From a virus: a stretch of 64,000 bases of DNA. The position numbers were made by a program, and so were the translations under genes. The stretch is taken from the IMG/VR virus record IMGVR_UViG_3300027863_000020, positions 32,001 through 96,000 of that record. One strand, 5' to 3'. This document shows, in pieces, positions 1 through 9,650 of this stretch (position 1 is the stretch's first letter; every line of letters starts with the position of its first letter). The notes beneath the pieces are model-generated. The model made no database searches. It was not told the DNA's origin and worked only from the letters and a program-made list of their open reading frames with translations.

Positions 1-597
1 CAGAAGGCGATTTCCAACATTGACGGCAATGTCGATGCCCTCACATCCACTATGGGCGTTTCCCAAGGCCATACGAACCTTGGAACATGGACTGGCACTG
101 GTGCTACCCGAATCCTTGCCAATGCCTCTGAAACGGCTAAAACGGCTATCCAGAAGGTCGCCAACGAGATCGGTGGATTGGCGGGTGGTCAAGGTGATTA
201 TGTTTCCAATCAGGCCGTCAATCCGAACCTCAATGCGATTGACACCATCTTGACCCAAGCCTTGAAGAAGATTGCCGTCTCGAATGTTCCGACCGATACG
301 GAATATGTGGTCGATACCTTGGACTTGAGTGGGGACATCCGATTCGTGGAATGGGATGTGACCATCATCCAATCCACTACCCCCGCCAACCGATACTCTT
401 GCAAGATTCGTGGCATGGCTTCCACTGGTGGATCGGATTTCACGGAATATGCGATCTTGACCATCGGAACAACCATCGGCAATGTGGTCTTCTCCGTTGA
501 TTCGTCCACCCTCAATGCCACTACCCTCAAGGTACAGGCAAGCGTCACGGGTGGATTCAATGTGAAGATCGTTCGCAGAACTGGTCTGGTTGCTTAA
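1..597 (+). CDS. Virion structural/tail fibre-associated protein, 5'-partial
   Basis: Frame is open from base 1 to TAA at 595-597; Thr/Ser/Gly-rich with a beta-rich C-terminus; lies upstream of a fibre-like gene. Confidence 0.55.
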   Translation, partial: QKAISNIDGNVDALTSTMGVSQGHTNLGTWTGTGATRILANASETAKTAIQKVANEIGGLAGGQGDYVSNQAVNPNLNAIDTILTQALKKIAVSNVPTDTEYVVDTLDLSGDIRFVEWDVTIIQSTTPANRYSCKIRGMASTGGSDFTEYAILTIGTTIGNVVFSVDSSTLNATTLKVQASVTGGFNVKIVRRTGLVA

Positions 598-636
598 CCA
601 GACCCCTTTGTGGGACATTGAACCAAAGGGATCAAA

Positions 637-2475
637 ATGGATAGAAGCAAAGCATTTCGTACCAAGAACGGTATTTCTCTCAATGATGTATCGTGGCTTG
701 GCTATACTGGAAACGACATCGAAGCGTCTTTCTCCGATGAAGGCGATCTGGTCGTTCGTACCTATACCGTTGGATCGGATAGCTATTCCGAACTGTTCTT
801 GAAGAAGGCCAACAAGTATGTGAAGCTAATTGACGCAAAGCACAACCTGAATGCGTCCGTTGCTCCGACCGTATCGAACGACTCTTCCCAAGGATACTCC
901 GTTGCGTCAATGTGGATCGACACAACGGGGAACAAGGCATACATTTGTGTGGATAATGCCGTTGGCGGTGCTATCTGGATCGAGATGGGTGGTTCTGGTG
1001 GTGGCGGGGGTACAGCGTATCCTTACGCAATCGTTGGGGAACCGTCTGGATTCACCAATCCGAAACTGATTGATGTTTCATACAATCCCACCAACAAGAC
1101 CGTCACATTGACGGGAACCTTCGTGTGCTTGAAGCAGGGCGTACAGATACCCGAACTGGTGAGTGGATACACAAGCCCCGCACACCCAGACCCAACGGGA
1201 ATACCGTACTTCCTTTTCTACGAGGTTGAGACATCTACGATCAAGTGGAGCACTACCCGTTGGAAAGACGAAGATATTTCAATCGCACTCGCCTTCCGTG
1301 ATGGCTTCAATTTCTGTCTTCGTGAAGTGCATAGCTTCATGGATCAGCGTGTTCATGCGTCCCTTCACAAGAACTTCGGAACCTATGTCGATGAAGGACT
1401 GCAATGGGTTCCCAACAGCTATGTGTTGAATAGCAATGTCGCAACCGACCGAAGGCCACAGATAGGCGAAGGTTGGGTAATGGATGAAGACCTACCGACA
1501 TTCATTGCATCCAATCTTGGTTCTGGCTATTACACCCATTTGCGATTGACGGGATCGGGAACCGCAACCGAATACTTGGATCAGGTCGAACAGCTTGCAG
1601 TAAGCGGAAACCAACCATACTACAATCAATTTACGGGTGGTGTCTGGACACAGACCTTGATGAGCAACAATAGCTTCTCCAAGGGATTCGTGATGGCGGT
1701 TCCCGTGACAAGCAACCCCGAATGTCAGAAGAAGCGACTTGTCTGGATTCAACCACAGAACAATAGCTCCGATGAAGTCGCTATCAGAGCACTCACACCG
1801 AATTCGCTCAATCTTGGTAATATCTCTTCGGCACTTCAGGAATTCGTGTTTGTTGGAGAGTACATCGTCCAATATACTGGTGGAAATTGGGTGCTTCGTG
1901 AAGTGAACAATCTTCGTGGAACACGGTATTCGCAGACATCGAACCCCGCCACGGTATCGAACAACAAGGAAGTGACCCGTCAATATCTCAAGAATTTCGC
2001 ATCCGCTACCCAAATGCTAAACTGGTCGGATGCCAACCCACAAATGCCCGATTATGCCAATTACCCGACATGGATAAATGCGGGGTTCCAAGGAAGCATG
2101 ACGAACGCCCGTGGTGCGATTATGATGCCATTCACGGCAAACCGTGTGGCATATTCTGGACGGCTACTACTGTACCGAATCGGTGTCGGGCCTATTGCTT
2201 CGGGAACATCGGTATCGGGAACCATCCATTTGGTGAGAACCAATGCTACGAATGCGTCCGTCATTGCCACGATTCCAGTCACCATGACAACAACGGAAAC
2301 ACTCAACCAGAACCAAGGACAGCAACCCAACAACCCAAGCAACTTCAGTGGTAATGTTGTGTTGGGTGCTTCGTTGCCCGTTGGTGGCTACATTGGGGTA
2401 TCGTTCACATTGGCAAGTACGGATTGGGCGGTCATTGGCGATGTCTCTATTTCACTCAATATCAGGGCTGAATAA
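637..2475 (+). CDS. Tail fibre/receptor-binding-like virion protein (612 aa)
   Basis: Motif 'APTVSNDSSQGYSVASMWIDTTGNKAYICVDNAVGGAIW' typical of phage fibre proteins, followed by a poly-Gly hinge and beta-rich domains. Confidence 0.6.
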   Translation: MDRSKAFRTKNGISLNDVSWLGYTGNDIEASFSDEGDLVVRTYTVGSDSYSELFLKKANKYVKLIDAKHNLNASVAPTVSNDSSQGYSVASMWIDTTGNKAYICVDNAVGGAIWIEMGGSGGGGGTAYPYAIVGEPSGFTNPKLIDVSYNPTNKTVTLTGTFVCLKQGVQIPELVSGYTSPAHPDPTGIPYFLFYEVETSTIKWSTTRWKDEDISIALAFRDGFNFCLREVHSFMDQRVHASLHKNFGTYVDEGLQWVPNSYVLNSNVATDRRPQIGEGWVMDEDLPTFIASNLGSGYYTHLRLTGSGTATEYLDQVEQLAVSGNQPYYNQFTGGVWTQTLMSNNSFSKGFVMAVPVTSNPECQKKRLVWIQPQNNSSDEVAIRALTPNSLNLGNISSALQEFVFVGEYIVQYTGGNWVLREVNNLRGTRYSQTSNPATVSNNKEVTRQYLKNFASATQMLNWSDANPQMPDYANYPTWINAGFQGSMTNARGAIMMPFTANRVAYSGRLLLYRIGVGPIASGTSVSGTIHLVRTNATNASVIATIPVTMTTTETLNQNQGQQPNNPSNFSGNVVLGASLPVGGYIGVSFTLASTDWAVIGDVSISLNIRAE

Positions 2476-2906
2476 TGATTAAGACGATGCACTTGACCAA
2501 TAGGACGGATGCCGACATAACCTTTGGTACATTCGTCATTCCCGCAACAAAGACCATCACGCTCTATGATATTGGCGACAAGGCCACATATGAGAATGCG
2601 ATGTATATGTGTCGGAATTTCTTTGATGCTATCAAATATGCGGTTGTCGCCAAGCGATTGTCTTTCTTGTTCAATGGCTCGATCCCCTTTACCAAGGAAG
2701 AACATTTCAATTCTCTTTGGGATGAGTTGAAGCCAATGTTTACCAATCACTCCATCGGGTTTTCGAGCGAACACCGCTTCTACTTCGATCTTGGAAGGGA
2801 AGCATTTTGTGTCACCAACCTGATTACTGGAAAGACATATCGAATCAAGATGGAGAAAGAGGGCGAAGGAACGCCTTGGCTCAATCAGGAAGGCGGGGGT
2901 ATTTGA
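2475..2906 (+). CDS. Hypothetical protein
   Basis: TAATG overlap with the upstream gene. Confidence 0.6.
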   Translation: MIKTMHLTNRTDADITFGTFVIPATKTITLYDIGDKATYENAMYMCRNFFDAIKYAVVAKRLSFLFNGSIPFTKEEHFNSLWDELKPMFTNHSIGFSSEHRFYFDLGREAFCVTNLITGKTYRIKMEKEGEGTPWLNQEGGGI

Positions 2907-3265
2907 TGAGCGATCAAAAGAAGATAGCCACGGAAGAATATGCGTCATACTTGATGGCGAAGCGTCTTCTCACACCTCCGAAGGAAACGGAAGCGTTCAA
3001 GCGTGGTCTGATTGACGAACAGGGCAATATCCTTCGAGACCCCGAATCAATCGAGGATGAGCTTGCGTTCACCCTTCTCGACAAACTTGCCCTCTATTTG
3101 AGAAAGCAATTGGGAACCCGCATAAATAGATTGAGGGATTTCACAGCGGTCTATATGTTCGAGGATGACAAGTTCTCCGACAAGTTCGTTCTCAAGAGCG
3201 GAATGGAAGATAGGCCACAGGTGCAGAATCTCTCGAAGAAATTGACCGACCGATTGAAGCAATAA
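2906..3265 (+). CDS. Conserved T4-like phage hypothetical protein
   Basis: TGATG coupling gives ATG at 2906; 'KRLLTPPKETEAFKRGLIDEQGNILR' resembles a recurring T4-like hypothetical family. Confidence 0.6.
   Translation: MSDQKKIATEEYASYLMAKRLLTPPKETEAFKRGLIDEQGNILRDPESIEDELAFTLLDKLALYLRKQLGTRINRLRDFTAVYMFEDDKFSDKFVLKSGMEDRPQVQNLSKKLTDRLKQ
3121..3129 (+). promoter_or_regulatory. Possible late promoter (CATAAATAG), intragenic, upstream of gp2
   Basis: Exact match to the late consensus of this window. Confidence 0.4.
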
Positions 3266-3283
3266 TTCACGAAGGATTGATCC

Positions 3284-3937
3284 GTGGCGAATCCCCTAGC
3301 ACAAGACAAGTATCTACAAGACCTAGTGGACTTGGATGATACCATTTCCCTTTTTCCTAGAAAGGTGCGCCTTCCCACAGGTGCGGGTGCGACAGAGGCC
3401 ACCCAAAAGCGTTTCAAGGTGCAGGGGCTTCAGGATTACCTCAAGGTCATTCAGGGATTCCCTAAAGTCAAAATGCCACTGCCGGGTTATTTCTATTCCT
3501 ATGCGTATGCCTTTGCGAAGACGGACACATGGAGCAAATTGAGGCTCTACGATTATCACCCCCTTGCGTTCATCTACTGGATGGAACGGAAGAATGGGAA
3601 CATCTATGCGTGGGGAATCAATTTCCATCGGTTGCCCGTACAGATTCGTCTTCAATTGCTCAATAAGATTTTTTCGATGTCTGGAATCAATCCAACATCG
3701 GTCACGGCAAGAAAGCGTCTTCTTTGGAATTTCCAGAGAATGAAGCCATTGCTGAAGAAACTTTCATTTGCAGTCCGCTTGTACCGTGTAGATCGTATGC
3801 GGAACATTCGGGGAATATCCTTGAGGTATGTGAAGCAACTCATGGTGTTCTATCCAGAGACATTGTACCGTGCTAGGGTTGCCGACCTCTTCAGCGCATA
3901 CAAGACATTCAAACCAACACCGCCAAAGCGCAAGTGA
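3284..3937 (+). CDS. gp2: DNA end protector protein (T4 gp2-like)
   Basis: 'YDYHPLAF...WGINFHRLPVQIRLQLL' matches the gp2 YD.FPL...G.N.HYLP..R pattern; basic protein. Confidence 0.75.
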   Translation: MANPLAQDKYLQDLVDLDDTISLFPRKVRLPTGAGATEATQKRFKVQGLQDYLKVIQGFPKVKMPLPGYFYSYAYAFAKTDTWSKLRLYDYHPLAFIYWMERKNGNIYAWGINFHRLPVQIRLQLLNKIFSMSGINPTSVTARKRLLWNFQRMKPLLKKLSFAVRLYRVDRMRNIRGISLRYVKQLMVFYPETLYRARVADLFSAYKTFKPTPPKRK

Positions 3938-3943
3938 TAAATA
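3936..3943 (+). promoter_or_regulatory. T4-type late promoter (GATAAATA)
   Basis: TAAATA core upstream of the portal RBS. Confidence 0.65.
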
Positions 3944-3960
3944 AGGATGGAGACTAATCT

Positions 3961-5529
3961 ATGAATATCATTTCTCTTGCGAAGATGAACCCGTTTGGAA
4001 AATACTTCCTACCCGATAAAGTACAGGAAAAGGAAATTGAAAAACAGGAAGATAATCGGGCGGCTATATCCGAGATTGACTTGGAGTTCATGGCGACATA
4101 CGGCAACTTCAATGAAGTTGGTGCGATGTCCGAAACCATCAATTTCACGGAAGCATTCCAGAACAAGTTGTCCCGCAAGATCATGTATCGGGAGATGAGT
4201 TTCTATCCAGAAATTTGTGAAGTCCTTGATGCCATTGCCGATGATGCGGTTGCCAAGGATGTGGATGGTAAGGTCGTTCTTCCCATGATTGACAAGGCCG
4301 TTCCAGAGAATATCCGCAAGGCGATGGAAGACAACTTCGATTACCTATGCTACCACATTCTGAAAGTCCAACACACTGGTTGGGAAATGTTCCGTAAGTG
4401 GCTCATTGAGGGCGAACAGTTTGTGGAGTGGATTCAGGATGGCAAGGGCGAAGACATCGTTGGCTACCAGATTCTCCCATCCGCAATCACCTTCCCCGTT
4501 TATGAGAATGCCCGAATCCTGAAATTCCTTCAGGCCAACTACGACATGAACATCAATCGTGCGTCCGATGGCAACGGGTATAGCTCGAAGGTCGTTGGAG
4601 ACCTTGGAAACAAGTCATTCGAGGTCAATCAGATTGCATACGCCAATTATGGTGTATTCGGTCGAAATGCCATTGATGTCCTTGGCTATTTGGAAACCGC
4701 CATTCGTTCGTACAATCAGCTTCGTGGCCTTGAGGATGCCCTTGTGGTCTATCGCATGGCAAGAGCACCCGCAAGACGCTTGTGGAACATCGAAGTCGGT
4801 AAGATGAGTTCTAACCGTGTTGGCGAATACATGAACCGTGTGATGCAGAAGTATCGCAGACGGTCGGTGTATAACCCCGCCACGGGCGAAATTGACTCCG
4901 TTCGCAATGTTCAATCGGTGGTCGATGACATTTGGTTCCCCAAACGCCACGGTGAAGGTTCATCGGTCGAAGAGTTTGGCGGGTCAATGGAAATCGGAAC
5001 AATGGATGATGTCAAGTATTTCTTGCAGAAGCTCTACAAGTCCATGCGGTATCCAAAAACCCGTTGGAACACGGAACAGTTCGATCCATTCTCATTGAGC
5101 AAACCCGGTGAAGTCCCCCGTGATGAAATCAAGTGGTCTCGCTTCATCAATCGTGCTAGGGCGAAGTGGGGTAATGGAATCATCCTTCATGGATGGATGC
5201 AACTCAATCGCATGAACATCACGGATGCGAAGATTTCCGATTGGAACTCTACCCAATACCTTGGCATCAATTTCGTTGAAGACAATGTGTTCGAGGTGCA
5301 GAAGCGCAACGAGCTATTGGAACAGCGTTTCACCATGCTAGGCAATGCCGCAAACTATATGGCTTCTCCCGAAAATCCGAATGGCCTGTTTGCTCCCGAA
5401 TACATCTTGAGGGAAGTGTTCCGCATGACCGATGATGAATACAAGCTCAACGAGAAATATAAGAGTTCGCAGAAGGCCAATGAACCGCCTCCCGATGAAG
5501 GCGATATGGGCGATGACCTTGGAGAATAA
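3961..5529 (+). CDS. gp20: Portal vertex protein
   Basis: 'YREMSFYPE', 'NQLRGLEDALVVYRMARAPARR', 'DDIWFPKR', 'DDVKYFLQKLYKSM' are T4 gp20 motifs. Confidence 0.95.
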   Translation: MNIISLAKMNPFGKYFLPDKVQEKEIEKQEDNRAAISEIDLEFMATYGNFNEVGAMSETINFTEAFQNKLSRKIMYREMSFYPEICEVLDAIADDAVAKDVDGKVVLPMIDKAVPENIRKAMEDNFDYLCYHILKVQHTGWEMFRKWLIEGEQFVEWIQDGKGEDIVGYQILPSAITFPVYENARILKFLQANYDMNINRASDGNGYSSKVVGDLGNKSFEVNQIAYANYGVFGRNAIDVLGYLETAIRSYNQLRGLEDALVVYRMARAPARRLWNIEVGKMSSNRVGEYMNRVMQKYRRRSVYNPATGEIDSVRNVQSVVDDIWFPKRHGEGSSVEEFGGSMEIGTMDDVKYFLQKLYKSMRYPKTRWNTEQFDPFSLSKPGEVPRDEIKWSRFINRARAKWGNGIILHGWMQLNRMNITDAKISDWNSTQYLGINFVEDNVFEVQKRNELLEQRFTMLGNAANYMASPENPNGLFAPEYILREVFRMTDDEYKLNEKYKSSQKANEPPPDEGDMGDDLGE

Positions 5530-5573
5530 TTCACATTCAATCGACAGAGTGTGAATACATTGAAATGAACTTG

Positions 5574-5581
5574 CATAAATA
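5574..5581 (+). promoter_or_regulatory. Late promoter (CATAAATA)
   Basis: Consensus TTGCATAAATAG. Confidence 0.75.
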
Positions 5582-5592
5582 GAGGTATAGAG

Positions 5593-5772
5593 ATGAGCAC
5601 AGTTGCAATCCCATCCGATGTCCTAGCCCGTTTGCCAAGGACATCCCTAGTTCGGAGACTCTACGAGGGTGATCCCAAATTGAGTACCGACCTGAATGCG
5701 GTTGTTCGTTCCAAAGTAGTGGGGCGCATGGATGAGGTCAAGAAGAGGCTTATCGCTGAAAAGAGGTTATGA
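5593..5772 (+). CDS. Small prohead core protein, gp67-like (59 aa; not in the ORF track)
   Basis: GAGG RBS then ATG 5593, MSTVAIPSDV...EVKKRLIAEKRL*; lies between portal and protease. Confidence 0.6.
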   Translation: MSTVAIPSDVLARLPRTSLVRRLYEGDPKLSTDLNAVVRSKVVGRMDEVKKRLIAEKRL

Positions 5773-5774
5773 TT

Positions 5775-6458
5775 ATGACACAACAACTCCTTACCGATGA
5801 TTTCATTTCGTCCCCGTACCGTTTTTCCGCAAAGGAAATTCTGGAAGAGCAGATTGACGGCAATGGTATCAAGCGCAAGATGATTGCGTGTCCTATGATC
5901 GTCATGGAGCGTAAGAACTCCAATGGTCGCATCTACGCCTACGATGAGACTTGCCGTGCGGTCGAACGCTACATTGACGAATGGGTGAAGCCCCGTGGTG
6001 CAATGGGCGAACTCAATCACCCGGGAACTCCCCGTGTCAATCCCGAACGGGCTTGTATTGGCATCACATCCCTTGTTCTGGATGAGAAGAACAAGTGGTG
6101 GTATGGAAAGGCCAAGTTCCTTTCTACCCCCCTTGGACGGCTTGTGGAGACCCTTCTGGTCGAAGATCAGATTCAATTGGCGACATCTTCCCGTATGCTT
6201 GGAGCCACAGACCCCATCACTGGACGCACCAAGGGTTCTCTATCGGTGGTGACTGCGGCTGATATTGTGACCGACCCATCCGCATCCCAAGCAATCATTG
6301 AGGTGATCGAGGAATCCAAGAACTATGTCGTTGGAAGCTCCGAAAGTGCCAATATGACCTATGAAGAACTGGAAATGAAACTCGCAACCAAGGGACTCCG
6401 TACCCCCGTGGATGACATTCTTGAGGGGTTCTTGCTCCGAATCGGAAAAGAACTGTAA
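5775..6458 (+). CDS. gp21: Prohead core protease
   Basis: 'KNSNGRIY', 'AMGELNHP', 'STPLGRLV', 'SSRMLG', 'ADIVTDPSA'; the start may be 5769. Confidence 0.92.
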   Translation: MTQQLLTDDFISSPYRFSAKEILEEQIDGNGIKRKMIACPMIVMERKNSNGRIYAYDETCRAVERYIDEWVKPRGAMGELNHPGTPRVNPERACIGITSLVLDEKNKWWYGKAKFLSTPLGRLVETLLVEDQIQLATSSRMLGATDPITGRTKGSLSVVTAADIVTDPSASQAIIEVIEESKNYVVGSSESANMTYEELEMKLATKGLRTPVDDILEGFLLRIGKEL

Positions 6459-6539
6459 TCCAAGAAGTGCGAAATTTGCAAGAAATCAAAGAACCAACAA
6501 AAATTATGCACAAAATGACACTATATCGGTTTTTCGTTG

Positions 6540-6547
6540 CATAAATA
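6540..6547 (+). promoter_or_regulatory. Late promoter (CATAAATA)
   Basis: TTGCATAAATAG before a GAGG RBS. Confidence 0.75.
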
Positions 6548-6566
6548 GAAGAAAGAGGTTGAGAAA

Positions 6567-7469
6567 ATGGCAGACAAGACCCTAGAACAACTCAAGACCC
6601 TCCTTGATGGTGGAACCTACAAGGCGTTCAAAACACGCCTGAATGCGATCATTGACCGTAAGGTGAATGAGCGGGTTGCGGTCATTGAGGAACAGAAACT
6701 TGAGGCCATTCGGGTCATCAAGGACAAGTTGCAGAAGAAGGCCGAACAGTTCACAGCCGACAAGACCCGTGAACTGGAAACACAGTTCAATGCCGTCCTT
6801 GAGGAATCCAAGAAGCAAATGAAGGATGAGATGGTACAATCCTTGCTTCTCGTGGAATCCAAACTGGTCTCCCACCTTGACCGTGTTCTGGAAGAATCCG
6901 TGAACACCAACACCCCCACCGACATCCTTGAGGAAGCGGTGAAGGCACAACATTATGGGAAGGTCGCCAAGGCAGTTGCTTCGGTGATCGAGGAACAGAA
7001 CATTGTCATTGACAAGTCTGGTTCTTCCCGCATCCAAGAGCTTGAGCAGATGGTCTCCCAATTGAATGGTAAATTGATGGAAGAGCAGACGGCACGGGAA
7101 AACATTTCCAATCGTGCCAACTCTCTCCAACGGGAACTTCTCCTTGAGAGCAAGACAAGTGGACTCGATGAGGATGGACGAAAGAAAATCCTTGGTCAAT
7201 TCCGTGAGTCGAGCTACGAAGTAATACAAGAACAAATTGACAAATCCATTGAACTCTTACAAGAGTCCCGCAAGCAAGAGCGAAGGGGACGGGTTGCAAA
7301 CAATAACACCCTAGTAGGTGATTCCGCTCCAAACATGAATTTGAGCGGTGGCAAGAAGTTGATTGAAGAAGAGGTCAAGAACCCTACGGCAACGGCACGG
7401 ACTCCCGTGTTGGAAGAGTCCGTACAGGCTCCTTCGGTCTTTGACGCAATTGATGACTTGCTCCCATAA
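6567..7469 (+). CDS. gp22: Prohead core scaffold protein
   Basis: Coiled-coil, Glu-rich with many (I/L)xE sites; between gp21 and gp23. Confidence 0.8.
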   Translation: MADKTLEQLKTLLDGGTYKAFKTRLNAIIDRKVNERVAVIEEQKLEAIRVIKDKLQKKAEQFTADKTRELETQFNAVLEESKKQMKDEMVQSLLLVESKLVSHLDRVLEESVNTNTPTDILEEAVKAQHYGKVAKAVASVIEEQNIVIDKSGSSRIQELEQMVSQLNGKLMEEQTARENISNRANSLQRELLLESKTSGLDEDGRKKILGQFRESSYEVIQEQIDKSIELLQESRKQERRGRVANNNTLVGDSAPNMNLSGGKKLIEEEVKNPTATARTPVLEESVQAPSVFDAIDDLLP

Positions 7470-7511
7470 GGGAACCACAGGGTATCAACCAATCCATTTC
7501 GAGGTATAAAG

Positions 7512-9065
7512 ATGAAACCATCTATCCCCGCTCCTCTTCAGCATCAGGCCATTGCCAAGAAGTATCTGGCAAAGAAGTGGTCTGAAGTCAAGTCCAAGAA
7601 GCTCTCCGTTTCTTCCATCATGGAAGAAGACCGCAAAGAGAATGTGGCACAGCTTCTCGAAAACCTTGCCAATCTACCCGGTTCTGCATTCTTGATGCAG
7701 GAACAGAATGGCTCTTCTGGCATTGACGGCTCTTCCTTGGGCAATGCTTCCATCAATCAGGGTATGTTCACTGCCGCCACCCTTGACCCCGATGCACACA
7801 AGTTCCGTCCGATTGAGATGGCACTGGTTCGTCGTGCTCAAGCCGATCTGTTCGCCTACAATCTCGCAGGTGTTCAAGCCATGAACGGCCCGGTCGGTCT
7901 GGCATACGCCCTCCGTTTCTTCTATGACGGCACTCGCACCGAAGCGGGCTTCCAGTCCGTTGGTCAGTACAGTGGTTGGAGCGGTAAGCCCGGTGTTGCG
8001 GGTTCCAATGGCGTGTTCAAGGTCACGAATGCGGGTGTGGTTGCCGACCTGAAGGCCGCTGGCCTGAATGGTGTCGATGCCAAGACCCTCATCAACATGA
8101 CCACTGGCGAATGGGCAGTGACTTGGACTGGTGCTTCGACCACCGTGTACACTGCGGGTACAGCCGTTGCGGGTTGGGTTGGTGGCGGTTGGGGTCAAGC
8201 CCTGTCCGTGACCGATGCTGAAAAGCTCGCAATCATGGCTCCTTCTGCGGGTACTGCTCCCCGTGACATCGGAACTGCGATTCCGAATGCCACTACTGGC
8301 GTGTCCCCTTACGCCATGCGTCAGCTCAAGATGTCCTTCGACAAGAAGAGCATTGATGCCCAAGACCGTATGCTTGGTGCTTCCTTCTCCGTCCAGTCGC
8401 TCTATGACATCCGCACCATGCAGGGTGTGGACATCGGGCGTGAAATGGTCAAGAAGCTCACCTATGAGTCTGGTGCGGAAATCGACCGTGAAATCCTCTG
8501 GAAGTGCAAGAACGCCGCCGTCTTCGGTGATGGTGGTCAGAATGGTGTGGTCGAAACCTTCGATCCTACCACCGTTTCCTCCACCTTCCTGTACGACAAG
8601 AAGGCCGCCATTGCCGACAAGTTGATTTCGCTCTCCAACGAAATCCACACTGCAACCTTGCAGGGTTCGGGCAACATCCTTGTTGCTTCTCCCCGTGTTT
8701 GCACGGCTCTTCAGACCATCCAGAACGGCTCCTTCAAGTCTTCTGGTGTGTTCAACTTCGACCAGAAGGGCTTGATCGAGGTCGGTACTCTTGATGGTCG
8801 CATCAAGGTCTATCGTGATCCTTGGGCATACTTCGATGGTGGCGTGGACTACGCTCTGGTCGCCTACAAGGGCGCAGGGATTGACGAAGCGGGTGTGCTC
8901 TATCACCCCTATATGCTCAATCTGGTGAACACTGCGGTTGCACAGGAAGACTTCGGTACTCGCATTGGCGTTCTCTCTCGCTATGCCATCACCGACAGCC
9001 TCTTGGGTAGCGGTCGCTACTACCGCTACATCGAATTCACTGGTCTGGCCGCTCTCGGTCTGTAA
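7512..9065 (+). CDS. gp23: Major capsid protein
   Basis: 'AQLLEN', 'LVRR', 'GVQAMNGPVGLAYALR', 'EIDREIL', 'GTLDGRIKVYRDP', 'SRYA'; strong codon bias. Confidence 0.97.
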   Translation: MKPSIPAPLQHQAIAKKYLAKKWSEVKSKKLSVSSIMEEDRKENVAQLLENLANLPGSAFLMQEQNGSSGIDGSSLGNASINQGMFTAATLDPDAHKFRPIEMALVRRAQADLFAYNLAGVQAMNGPVGLAYALRFFYDGTRTEAGFQSVGQYSGWSGKPGVAGSNGVFKVTNAGVVADLKAAGLNGVDAKTLINMTTGEWAVTWTGASTTVYTAGTAVAGWVGGGWGQALSVTDAEKLAIMAPSAGTAPRDIGTAIPNATTGVSPYAMRQLKMSFDKKSIDAQDRMLGASFSVQSLYDIRTMQGVDIGREMVKKLTYESGAEIDREILWKCKNAAVFGDGGQNGVVETFDPTTVSSTFLYDKKAAIADKLISLSNEIHTATLQGSGNILVASPRVCTALQTIQNGSFKSSGVFNFDQKGLIEVGTLDGRIKVYRDPWAYFDGGVDYALVAYKGAGIDEAGVLYHPYMLNLVNTAVAQEDFGTRIGVLSRYAITDSLLGSGRYYRYIEFTGLAALGL

Positions 9066-9090
9066 TCAGTTCGTTCGACTGGCTACTACG

Positions 9091-9122
9091 AAAAGGGCTT
9101 GGAGAAATCCAAGTCCTTTTTT
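9091..9122 (+). terminator. Rho-independent terminator after gp23
   Basis: AAAAGGGCTTGGA-GAAA-TCCAAGTCCTTTT hairpin plus T-run. Confidence 0.85.
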
Positions 9123-9124
9123 CA

Positions 9125-9153
9125 TTGACAGGATAATGAGTTGAATCCATATT
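9125..9153 (+). promoter_or_regulatory. Sigma70-like early promoter TTGACA-N17-CATATT
   Basis: 17-nt spacer; ATG 6 nt after the -10 box. Confidence 0.7.
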
Positions 9154-9159
9154 TTAAGC

Positions 9160-9546
9160 ATGGATATACTGGACATCGTAGCAATAGTCATCATAGCCCC
9201 GATCTTCGCATTGACGATGATTGTGTTGGGTATGCTATTGTTCGGAACGATATGGTGGATTTGGGATAAGTTCGAGCGATCCCTGTACCCCATAACATTC
9301 GTCCGTGCGTCAATCTTGGCATTGTCAATCATTCTGGTTCCCGTATCCTTGACTCATTCCGTTGTTCGCTTCACAGACAGTCCAGTCGTTGCGTATGACT
9401 TCGGAACCTATGAGTTTGTCAATGTCATCGAAATCGTGAGTTATGAACATCCGAATTTTCTGGTGATTGAGCCGAATTTTCCATTTGTGAAAATCCGACC
9501 CATGATGGGCGGGAGTACGGATCGAATATGCGCTTTGGGTACATAG
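9160..9546 (+). CDS. Membrane protein, hypothetical
   Basis: Two hydrophobic segments at the N-terminus. Confidence 0.6.
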   Translation: MDILDIVAIVIIAPIFALTMIVLGMLLFGTIWWIWDKFERSLYPITFVRASILALSIILVPVSLTHSVVRFTDSPVVAYDFGTYEFVNVIEIVSYEHPNFLVIEPNFPFVKIRPMMGGSTDRICALGT

Positions 9547-9591
9547 AGACCCTACCCGCCCAAAACAGGGTCGTGTCCATAACTCACAATG

Positions 9592-9625
9592 AATGGCGAT
9601 GCTTCGGTGTCGCCATTTGTCGTTT
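9592..9625 (+). terminator. Hairpin with C(UUCG)G loop, probable terminator
   Basis: AATGGCGATGC-TTCG-GTGTCGCCATT. Confidence 0.6.
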
Positions 9626-9626
9626 G

Positions 9627-9634
9627 CATAAATA
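9627..9634 (+). promoter_or_regulatory. Late promoter (CATAAATA)
   Basis: TTGCATAAATAG. Confidence 0.75.
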
Positions 9635-9650
9635 GTACAGAGGTACTATT

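Noticed and set aside
7674-8906. 410-aa minus-strand ORF
   Set aside because: Antisense shadow of gp23 caused by codon bias; no RBS or motifs.
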